Below are positions 27,400-33,903 of a stretch of 34,258 nt of DNA, piece by piece. A program made the position numbers and the translations under genes. The stretch is taken from the IMG/VR virus record IMGVR_UViG_3300045988_139348, positions 1-34,258 of that record. One strand, written 5' to 3'. Source of the stretch: a virus. The notes beneath the pieces are model-generated. The model was not told where the DNA came from. It made no database searches and saw only the letters and a program-made list of their open reading frames with translations. The stretch's first letter is position 1. Each line of letters starts with the position of its first letter.

Positions 27400-27785
27400 C
27401 TCTCTATCTTTATGTCTATCCCATCTACTTCTATTTCTCCATCTTCTCCCGACTTCTCCTCCTTGCTTATTATGCCTACCCCCATTTTATTTACCGTATC
27501 ACTCGAATTCTTATATAACGTAACTATCTTGTTATATACATCCAACTTCTTACTGATCCTCTGTATCTCCTTCTCATTGTCACTCAATATCAACAGCTTC
27601 GTTAACCTGTTTACCTCTTCATACAAATTCAAACATTGCAACATACTCGCACTCTTACCAAACTTGTTGTAGAAATCTCGCTTCTCTTCTTCACTGATCT
27701 CTATCTTCGGTAAGTCAGGCAAACTTCGTAACTGTAACTCCCGCTCTTCTGCCTTCTGCTTTAATAATACCTCTTGTGCACTCAT
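27396..27785 (-). CDS. Putative terminase small subunit (ORF track starts at GTG 27791; ATG 27785 preferred)
   Basis: First gene of the late arm, with a 4-nt overlap with terL. It is helical and charged. Call is by position only. Confidence 0.4.
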   Translation of the reverse strand: MSAQEVLLKQKAEERELQLRSLPDLPKIEISEEEKRDFYNKFGKSASMLQCLNLYEEVNRLTKLLILSDNEKEIQRISKKLDVYNKIVTLYKNSSDTVNKMGVGIISKEEKSGEDGEIEVDGIDIKIER

Positions 27786-27790
27786 ACCCA

Positions 27791-27821
27791 CAAATATAAC
27801 TATTTTTTTTTATCTTACAAT
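27791..27821 (-). promoter_or_regulatory. Candidate late-arm promoter of Bacteroidota type (-7 TAtaTTTG, -33-like aTTG)
   Basis: The minus strand reads attg-19 nt-TATATTTG-tgggt-ATG. The box sits so close to the ATG at 27785 that the mRNA would be nearly leaderless. Confidence 0.3.
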
Positions 27822-27841
27822 AGCGGAGGGAGATTAGTAAG

Positions 27842-27868
27842 CCCAACACCCCCACCCCTGTTTACCCC
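27842..27868 (-). other. Canonical G-quadruplex motif on the minus strand (C-rich on plus)
   Basis: The minus strand reads GGGG-taaaca-GGGG-t-GGGGG-tgtt-GGG: four G-runs of at least 3 with loops of 6, 1 and 4 nt. Confidence 0.6.
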
Positions 27869-27957
27869 GAAAATTAATTCATCAAACAAACATCCTCGCT
27901 CGCTTCGCTCGCTCGTCCAATTTTGCGCTCAATCGCAAGTTCTTTCGCCTTCCTCGC

Positions 27958-28042
27958 ATCAAAGTTTTCCCAACGCCCTATCAACGTTTTCTCAGAGCTT
28001 CAAAAAAAACTTTGCAAACGTTTTCTCAAAGTTTTCTCAACC
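27958..28042. repeat. Cluster of four GTTTTC[CT]CA motifs embedded in two nested imperfect direct repeats
   Basis: Copies lie at 27964-27972, 27986-27994, 28020-28028 and 28031-28039. AACGTTTTCTCA[GA]AG[CT]TT occurs at 27983 and 28017. CAAAGTTTTC[CT]CAAC occurs at 27960 and 28027. Confidence 0.8.
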
Positions 28043-28120
28043 CCTCAACAAATTAACAGAGTTAAGTTAATCGCTATCTCATTTAACAATTATCCTCTAT
28101 GCACTTAATCGTACGTTACC

Positions 28121-28150
28121 GCTATTATTTCATTAAAATGAAATAATAGC
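28121..28150. repeat. Perfect 14-bp inverted repeat with a 2-nt spacer
   Basis: gctattatttcatt-aa-aatgaaataatagc. Confidence 0.9.
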
Positions 28151-28157
28151 TATAGCG

Positions 28158-28178
28158 TATATATATATTATATATATA
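28158..28178. repeat. (TA)5-T-(TA)5 alternating tract
   Basis: tatatatatattatatatata read directly. Confidence 0.9.
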
Positions 28179-28239
28179 GGGTGTCATTGCACCTTACGCC
28201 AGCAATAAGATAGCGGTGCAGAATTCTAATCAAAAAGTT

Positions 28240-28262
28240 AAAAAAAAAAAGAGAGAGAGAGA
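28240..28262. repeat. Homopurine tract A11(GA)6
   Basis: aaaaaaaaaaagagagagagaga read directly. Confidence 0.9.
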
Positions 28263-28475
28263 TTTTATTGAATACTCCAGAAAGGACAGCTACGTTAATA
28301 AGTTGGAGGTCTCAAAAGTTAACAGATGTTGCGCAATAAATATAGTGCATACTGATACGCAATAAGTTACGGAAACCTTAAGTTAAAATATAGTTAAATG
28401 CGTAATAATATTAGTATATAACAGATGAATAAAGTACATTTGTATATACAAAAAAAGGAACAAAACTAAAACGTA

Positions 28476-28549
28476 CAATATAGATATAGAGCGGGAAAAC
28501 AGCTCTATTTGTGGCGCTAAAAAGCAATATAGATATAGAGCGGGAAAAC
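28476..28549 (+). repeat. Two perfect 25-nt direct repeats CAATATAGATATAGAGCGGGAAAAC (28476-28500 and 28525-28549), each followed by a related AGCT..TATTTG(T/G)GGCG tail
   Basis: Direct reading. Spacing is 49 nt start to start. They lie about 130-200 nt upstream of ardA. Confidence 0.9.
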
Positions 28550-28675
28550 TTTAGCTACACTTTTATTTGGGGCGGATATAAAAGGCTCTTTAACGACTCT
28601 ACGGAATTAAATAACTACATTTTATACACTTTAAATGAGATAAAAAAATAACTAAAAATTAGGAGGAAACAAAAC

Positions 28676-29206
28676 ATGAAAAATTTTAATTTAAATGATG
28701 CGAAAGTGTACGTAAGCACTTATAAAAAGTATAACGAAGGGTCTTTAAATGGCGGATGGCTTAACCTTTCTGATTATTCCGATAAAGAGGGATTTTATGA
28801 AGCCTGCCGGGAGCTTCACAAGGATGAAGAAGATGCAGAGTATATATTTCAGGACTGGGAGAACGTGCCGGCAAACCTAATCGGCGAAAGCTGGATTTCC
28901 GAGAACTTCTTCACCTTGCGGGATGCGGTGGAAAAGTTGGGCGAAACCGAACAGGAAGCCTTTTTCGTGTGGTGCAACTACAAAAGCCATGATTTGAGCG
29001 AGGAAGATGCGGAAGACCTTGTACGGGACTTTCAGGACGAATATCAGGGACAATATGACGATGAAGAAGATTTTGCCTACCAAATCGTGGAAGAATGTTA
29101 CGACCTGCCGGAGTTAGCAAAGACCTATTTCGATTATGAAAAGTTTGCCCGTGATTTGTTCATGTGCGACTACTGGTTTGATGACGGGTTTGTATTTCAA
29201 AGGTAA
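28676..29206 (+). CDS. ardA: ArdA-family antirestriction protein
   Basis: AKVYVSTYKKYNEGSLNGGWLNLSDY..., a highly acidic sequence, and the C-terminal YFDYEKFARDLFMCDYWFDDGFVFQ match the ArdA family pattern. A strong AGGAGG lies 8 nt upstream of the ATG. Confidence 0.85.
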   Translation: MKNFNLNDAKVYVSTYKKYNEGSLNGGWLNLSDYSDKEGFYEACRELHKDEEDAEYIFQDWENVPANLIGESWISENFFTLRDAVEKLGETEQEAFFVWCNYKSHDLSEEDAEDLVRDFQDEYQGQYDDEEDFAYQIVEECYDLPELAKTYFDYEKFARDLFMCDYWFDDGFVFQR

Positions 29207-29210
29207 AAAT

Positions 29211-29504
29211 ATGGCTTATTTATGTGTAAATAAAAATGGTGAAGAATTGATTTGCCAGAATTTGCCAAAACGATATGGATATATAAAAAAATACATTAAC
29301 TCGTGGTATGGCAAAATAGACAATAATGGCAATAGGTATGAAGAGATATTGCAGCAAGATGAAAATTTAGACCATTGGCGAGATCAAGAATATTTAAACA
29401 TGGGCGAATATTGCATTAATTACGAAATATTGCTCCCACATGGAACAATAGAAAAAATAATAGGTAAAAAAATGAATTGGGAAAATGACCCGGTAGAAAT
29501 TTAA
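29211..29504 (+). CDS. Hypothetical protein (ATG 29211 preferred over the ORF-track start 29136, which overlaps ardA)
   Basis: MAYLCVNKNGEELICQNLPKRYGY... starts 5 nt after the ardA stop. Confidence 0.5.
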   Translation: MAYLCVNKNGEELICQNLPKRYGYIKKYINSWYGKIDNNGNRYEEILQQDENLDHWRDQEYLNMGEYCINYEILLPHGTIEKIIGKKMNWENDPVEI

Positions 29505-29516
29505 ATAATATAAACA

Positions 29517-30248
29517 ATGGAAAAGAAATTTGAACTTACAGAAGAATTTATAATCAATAATTCAGGAATTAAGCTGTACAGGATAAAAGCATTAAAAGAT
29601 TTTTCCGATGTTAAAAAGGGTGATTTTGGGGGATACGTTCAGCAAGAGCGTAATTTGTCGCAATTCGGTAATGCGTGGGTCTGCGGAAATGTGCAGGTTT
29701 ACGGCAATGCGCAGGTTTACGGTGATGCGCAGGTTTACGGCAATGCGTGGGTTTACGGTGATGCCCGAGTTTACGGAAATGCGCAGGTTTACGGAAATGC
29801 CCGAGTTTACGGAAATGCGCAGGTTTACGGAAATGCGCAGGTTTACGGCAATGCGTGGGTTTACGGTGATGCGCAGGTTTACGGAAATGCGAAAGTTTAC
29901 GACAATGCGAAAGTTTACGGAAATGCGCAGGTTTACGGCAATGCGTGGGTTTACGGTGATGCGCAGGTTTACGGAAATGCGAAAGTTTACGACAATGCGA
30001 AAGTTTACGACAATGCGAAAGTTTACGACAATGCCCGAGTTTACGGAAATGCGTGGATTTACGGTGATGCGCAGGTTTACGGAAATGCGAAAGTTTACGA
30101 CAATGCCCGAGTTTACGGAAATGCGCAGGTTTACGGAAATGCGTGGATTTGCGGCAATGCCCGAGTTTACGGAAATGCGCAGGTTTACGGAAATGCTTGG
30201 ATTTTAGGCGATGCGAAAGTTTTTGAAAAATGCGTAAATATTATTTAA
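29517..30248 (+). CDS. Hexapeptide-repeat protein: 50-aa N-domain followed by 31 uninterrupted G-[ND]-A-x-V-Y repeats (predicted beta-helix)
   Basis: N-terminal region KLYRIKALKDFSDVKKGDFGGYVQQERNLSQFGNAWV, then GNAQVYGDAQVYGNAWVYGDARVY... The V at position i and A at i+4 fit the [LIV]-x-x-x-[STAV]-x left-handed beta-helix pattern. Confidence 0.8.
   Translation: MEKKFELTEEFIINNSGIKLYRIKALKDFSDVKKGDFGGYVQQERNLSQFGNAWVCGNVQVYGNAQVYGDAQVYGNAWVYGDARVYGNAQVYGNARVYGNAQVYGNAQVYGNAWVYGDAQVYGNAKVYDNAKVYGNAQVYGNAWVYGDAQVYGNAKVYDNAKVYDNAKVYDNARVYGNAWIYGDAQVYGNAKVYDNARVYGNAQVYGNAWICGNARVYGNAQVYGNAWILGDAKVFEKCVNII
29667..30224 (+). repeat. 18-nt tandem repeat array (31 units, consensus GGAAATGCGCAGGTTTAC) with a 90-nt higher-order repeat
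   Basis: Units differ almost only at codon 2 (aat/gat) and codon 4 (cag/tgg/cga/aaa). A 90-nt (5-unit) block starting near 29823 recurs near 29913. Confidence 0.95.
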
Positions 30249-30263
30249 TTAAAAAATGACATT

Positions 30264-31151
30264 ATGAAAAAGAATGAGTCGAAATACACAGAAACAAAAC
30301 AAATAGGTAAAAATACATTCGTATATGTAGAAATAGGGTTAAGATATATAGAAAATAACGGCTATTCTTATTTTTATGCAACTGGAGAAAAATACGACCT
30401 TAATGGAGGTATAAAAAATATTTTGGAGTCAGGATGCATTCACGACGAAATCTTAAAATATTTTCCAGAATTTAAGATATTTGTTAATATACATGGAAAT
30501 AACTCTTATGGAATGCCGACGTACATGATTTCAAATCTAAAATTTTATATAGACAATAACAAAATAGATGCAATTTGTAGAACTCTGCACATATCTAAAG
30601 GAATGGCCAAAGAAATAATTTGTTGGGGGGAGGATATAGATTATATAAAATATTTCTTAGAAGAAAATAATATCATTTTTTCACTGCGGCGAAAGGCCAA
30701 AAAAGCTATTAAATTATTAGAGAAATTAACGGGTGATGAGTTCGAAAATCCTGACATATTGGGCATTTACGATTACATCCCATTGTGCAAAGATGTAAAA
30801 TACAGGATAAAAAAAATGCATGAAAAAGGCTATTTTAGTAGGGATAACGTTGCAAAAAGACGAAATGAAAAAATAAGAGAAATCCAACTGCAGAGGTTAG
30901 AGAGCGAAAAAAAGAAATTAGAAAGCGAAAAAAAAGAAATAGACAACGAAATACAGGTGCTGCAATATCTATTTGACAGAGGGATAAAAATTGATTGTCA
31001 CGCATATTTGCGCTCGGTAAATATTTTGGCGATAAACTTATTAAAAAATGGAGACGGCGTAATGACTGAAAAGGAATATAAGGATTTTATAGATAGTGTA
31101 GATTATTCAAAATTGCCGAAGAACATAAGTTTTGAATTTAATAAAATATAG
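30264..31151 (+). CDS. Hypothetical protein with a central coiled-coil (RLESEKKKLESEKKEIDNEIQ)
   Basis: 295-codon ORF. No family recognised. Confidence 0.6.
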   Translation: MKKNESKYTETKQIGKNTFVYVEIGLRYIENNGYSYFYATGEKYDLNGGIKNILESGCIHDEILKYFPEFKIFVNIHGNNSYGMPTYMISNLKFYIDNNKIDAICRTLHISKGMAKEIICWGEDIDYIKYFLEENNIIFSLRRKAKKAIKLLEKLTGDEFENPDILGIYDYIPLCKDVKYRIKKMHEKGYFSRDNVAKRRNEKIREIQLQRLESEKKKLESEKKEIDNEIQVLQYLFDRGIKIDCHAYLRSVNILAINLLKNGDGVMTEKEYKDFIDSVDYSKLPKNISFEFNKI

Positions 31152-31155
31152 AGTT

Positions 31156-31479
31156 ATGAAAATAAATGAGGCGTATATATATCATTTAACTTTTTCTGAT
31201 TTTGTAGGCGGATCGACAGAAGAAGAAAAAAAAGAAATTTTATCGGGTAATATAAATCTATTTAGATCCGATTTCGATAAAGATTTTGGGCAGGAAACCA
31301 TCCAAATATGTTATGAATTACATTTCGACAAAAAAGGGAAATGCTATAAGATTAAATATGAAATATATAATCTTTATGGAGATGAAGAGATAGAAATAGA
31401 AGACTCAGAGAAGGGGTGTACAGAGATGTTTAAAAAAGAAATTACAGACTTTTTATTGTGTTATTGGTATGAAATATAA
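31156..31479 (+). CDS. Hypothetical protein (ATG 31156 preferred; ORF track 31132)
   Basis: MKINEAYIYHLTFSDF... begins 5 nt after the previous stop. Confidence 0.5.
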   Translation: MKINEAYIYHLTFSDFVGGSTEEEKKEILSGNINLFRSDFDKDFGQETIQICYELHFDKKGKCYKIKYEIYNLYGDEEIEIEDSEKGCTEMFKKEITDFLLCYWYEI

Positions 31480-31594
31480 AATAATTATTCTTTTATTAAT
31501 ATTCATTTTGGGTATGTATATGGATAAAATATACAACGAAGAAGAATGCAATAATAAAATAGAGGGAATTTACGAGTGTGATATTTACGAGTGA
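31469..31594 (+). CDS. Small (41 aa) membrane or secreted peptide candidate, below the ORF-track cutoff
   Basis: MKYKIIILLLIFILGMYMDKIYNEEECNNKIEGIYECDIYE has an N-terminal hydrophobic helix. It fills the 31480-31615 gap and its start overlaps the previous stop. Confidence 0.35.
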   Translation: MKYKIIILLLIFILGMYMDKIYNEEECNNKIEGIYECDIYE

Positions 31595-31615
31595 TCAATT
31601 TAAAAAAATATAATT

Positions 31616-32389
31616 ATGGACATAAAAGAATCCATTTCCAAAAGCACGGAAACACAAGTTAAAAGGCCGACATTAAAACCTTTTGAACTACTTAAAAAGA
31701 GCCTTACAAAAGGCTCTTATAAAGATAGATTTATCGACATATTAGGTGAAAAAAAAGGTATAGCAATGTGCCAAAACATAATATTAACCGCTTACTCAAG
31801 CGCGGAACTACAAAAGGTCGATCCGCTTAGTATAATTTATTCGTCGCTCTGTGCGGCGGTGACTGATTTGTCTCTTGATAAATCATGTGGTCAATCAGCG
31901 ATAATACCGTACAAAGGGCAGTGCCAGTTTCAAATAATGAAAAATGGGTACATAGAATTGGCCTTAAGATCAAATTTGCTTCAGACAATAAACGAGACAA
32001 GAATATACGAGGGTGAAATAGAAGTAAATAAATTTACAGGAGATGTAACGTTTTTAAAACAACTGAACGACGGGGTTTATGCCGGAAACCTTGCTTTCAT
32101 AAGATACAAAACAGGCTTCGAGAAGTTTAAGTACATGTCAAAAGAGGAAATTATAGAACATGCGAAAAAATATTCGCAGTCTTTCAGAGCTAAAAGGGGG
32201 CTGTGGGTGGATGATTTTAATGTGATGGCAAAAAAAACGGTATTAAAATTATTGTTGAAGGAATTTGCAGCAAAAGCCGACATGAGAGACGCTGTTTCTC
32301 CCCTGGAATTAGGATTGAAGTACGACCAATGTACACCTATAAATGAAGAATTAACGCAAGTAGAATATTTAGACAATAATTTGTTATGA
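31616..32389 (+). CDS. recT: RecT-family single-strand annealing recombinase
   Basis: DPLSIIYSSLCAAVTDLSLDKSCGQSAIIPYKGQCQFQIMKNGYIELALRS...RIYEGE...MAKKTVLKLLLKEF matches RecT family blocks. Confidence 0.85.
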   Translation: MDIKESISKSTETQVKRPTLKPFELLKKSLTKGSYKDRFIDILGEKKGIAMCQNIILTAYSSAELQKVDPLSIIYSSLCAAVTDLSLDKSCGQSAIIPYKGQCQFQIMKNGYIELALRSNLLQTINETRIYEGEIEVNKFTGDVTFLKQLNDGVYAGNLAFIRYKTGFEKFKYMSKEEIIEHAKKYSQSFRAKRGLWVDDFNVMAKKTVLKLLLKEFAAKADMRDAVSPLELGLKYDQCTPINEELTQVEYLDNNLL

Positions 32390-33339
32390 TAAAAAAAATA
32401 GTTTTTAAAAATAGGGAAGAATGGCTAAAACACAAAAACGAGTCATTTAAATTAAGTTCATCGAATATCGGGATAATTTTAGGATATAGTGAATACATGA
32501 CACCTTTCCAATATTGGGATAAGATAAAAAAAGGAGAAATAACAGAAAATACAAATACAATAAGAGGAAATTTGTTTGAAAATTCTATCGCCGAATATTT
32601 CGAGAATGTGAGCACGGAAAGAGTTGTGAAGAATACGCAAAAATACTTCGTTTTAAGGCGTGATGATCTCCCCGGGTATATAGAAGTATCACCCGATAGG
32701 GAATTATTCAAGAGAGAGCGCAAAAATAGGGTTATCCTTGAAATAAAAGACACAAAGAGGCATATAGACATTTACAACGATGATGAATTACCCAAAGAGT
32801 GGTATTGCCAAATTCAATTTCAAATGTATGTCGGAGGATATGATACGGCCGTTTTGTGCGTTTATGATGGGAATAAAACGATACAATACCGGTACTTTAA
32901 TTTGGACAATGATTTCGCCGAGGATATTATAAAAAGGGGAATAGAATGGACAGAAAAGTATATTTTCGGGGATGATGTCCCGGAATCCGAGAATTTAGAA
33001 GACGTACAAATGAAATGTATGCACCCGGATAAGGGGTCTTGTAGTGATGCTGAAGACTCTTTCCGAAATGTGATAGAAAGATACAACGAGTTAATTAAGA
33101 GCAAAAAAGAAATAGAAAAAGAGATTGAAGAATATAAAAACATGGTAGCCGTTAAAATAGGCGAAAATGAACGGTTAAATATCGGGGGAATAGAGTGTGC
33201 GACATTTAAAACTGAAAAAAGGTCGTTTTTCGATAAGGATAAATTTTCAAAAGATCATCCGGATGAATATAAGAAATATGTTATCGATAAGGAAATGAGA
33301 GTATTAAGAGTAAAAAAAATATCATCATGGGAGGATTAA
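32386..33339 (+). CDS. YqaJ-type (lambda Exo-like, PD-(D/E)XK) recombination exonuclease
   Basis: EWLKHKN...SSSNIGIILG...TPFQYW...GNLFENSIAEYF...SPDRE...ILEIKDT...YCQIQFQMYV follows the YqaJ domain order. It is coupled to recT by a 4-nt overlap. Confidence 0.8.
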   Translation: MIKKIVFKNREEWLKHKNESFKLSSSNIGIILGYSEYMTPFQYWDKIKKGEITENTNTIRGNLFENSIAEYFENVSTERVVKNTQKYFVLRRDDLPGYIEVSPDRELFKRERKNRVILEIKDTKRHIDIYNDDELPKEWYCQIQFQMYVGGYDTAVLCVYDGNKTIQYRYFNLDNDFAEDIIKRGIEWTEKYIFGDDVPESENLEDVQMKCMHPDKGSCSDAEDSFRNVIERYNELIKSKKEIEKEIEEYKNMVAVKIGENERLNIGGIECATFKTEKRSFFDKDKFSKDHPDEYKKYVIDKEMRVLRVKKISSWED

Positions 33340-33587
33340 TTATTTTATTGGGAGTTGTGATTATTGGTTACGCTTTCCTTCTCGCCATATTTGTGATAAT
33401 ATGCCCGTATTTAAGTTATAAAGCATTTTCTTTCTTTGTGAAGAAATGCAATTTGATAATGATACCGGCAATATTATTAAGCGTAACTATTTATGAAAGA
33501 AACGATTTACACAAAATATTGGATTATTCAAATAAATATATAGACGATGAAAAAGAACGTTACAAAAAAGAAAGAAAAGGAGAATAA
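33327..33587 (+). CDS. Small membrane protein (two hydrophobic helices)
   Basis: GGLIILLGVVIIGYAFLLAIFVIICPYL and LIMIPAILLSVTIY. Confidence 0.5.
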   Translation: MGGLIILLGVVIIGYAFLLAIFVIICPYLSYKAFSFFVKKCNLIMIPAILLSVTIYERNDLHKILDYSNKYIDDEKERYKKERKGE

Positions 33588-33729
33588 AAAGGCTGAGGTA
33601 ATCCGTTGTACTGAATGTGAAAATCATTATGGAGAAGTGAATAATTATATGGTATTCTGCAAGAAGTTTGGTTTTAACAGATCTACAGCCTTAAGAACTT
33701 GCCCGGACTTTGTAAAACTTAAAAAATAA
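33547..33729 (+). CDS. Small basic Cys-containing protein (possible zinc finger)
   Basis: KKKEKENKK...CTEC...C...C. It has a 41-nt overlap with the previous ORF. Confidence 0.4.
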   Translation: MKKNVTKKKEKENKKAEVIRCTECENHYGEVNNYMVFCKKFGFNRSTALRTCPDFVKLKK

Positions 33730-33823
33730 AAATTATATGCTTACGTATTTGATAATTAGAAATTAAATTGCATCTTTGCAATTGTTGACTACCACCAGCA
33801 GAAAAATATTTGGGTTAACCCTT

Positions 33824-33875
33824 AACTATCGGGATGTTTTATGTGTGGTAGCGTAAAATGTCCCGATAGTTTTTT
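33824..33875 (+). terminator. Hairpin (11-bp stem, 26-nt loop) plus T-run, 29 nt upstream of the initiator gene; terminator or attenuator candidate
   Basis: aactatcggga (33824-33834) pairs with tcccgatagtt (33861-33871), followed by ttttat. An alternative pairing is ctaccac (33789-33795) with gtggtag (33845-33851). Confidence 0.4.
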
Positions 33876-33903
33876 ATAATATTTCCCTTATATATACTTA
33901 CCT

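Noticed and set aside
27774-28108. Plus-strand ORFs 27774-28070 and 27923-28108 in the control region
   Set aside because: They have P/S/F-rich low-complexity translations generated by the C-rich and GTTTTCTCA repeat tracts. They start inside the terS coding end and have no start signal. The region is better explained as regulatory DNA.
28435-28442. Perfect TAcaTTTG (-7-type) box as the early promoter
   Set aside because: No TTTG-like -33 element lies at the expected 19-21 nt upstream, and the box is about 230 nt from ardA. It is mentioned only as context for the direct-repeat finding.
28476-28549. Possible CRISPR array (also considered for 29667-30224)
   Set aside because: There are only two repeat copies with one 24-nt spacer. 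The 18-nt array has no spacers at all and is an in-frame coding repeat. No cas genes are present.
27792-28675. Searched the long non-coding region, and the 5572-5671 and 33730-33903 gaps, for tRNA or other structured RNA genes
   Set aside because: No cloverleaf-compatible arms or GTTCRAnnC T-loop box were found. The longest peptide ORFs there are 7-14 codons.
29608-30207. 199-codon +1-frame ORF (MRRFTEMRRFTAMRGFTV...) inside the hexapeptide-repeat gene
   Set aside because: It is a by-product of the 18-nt periodicity: one stop-free unit repeated 31 times is automatically open in several frames. It has no independent N- or C-terminal non-repeat sequence or start context.
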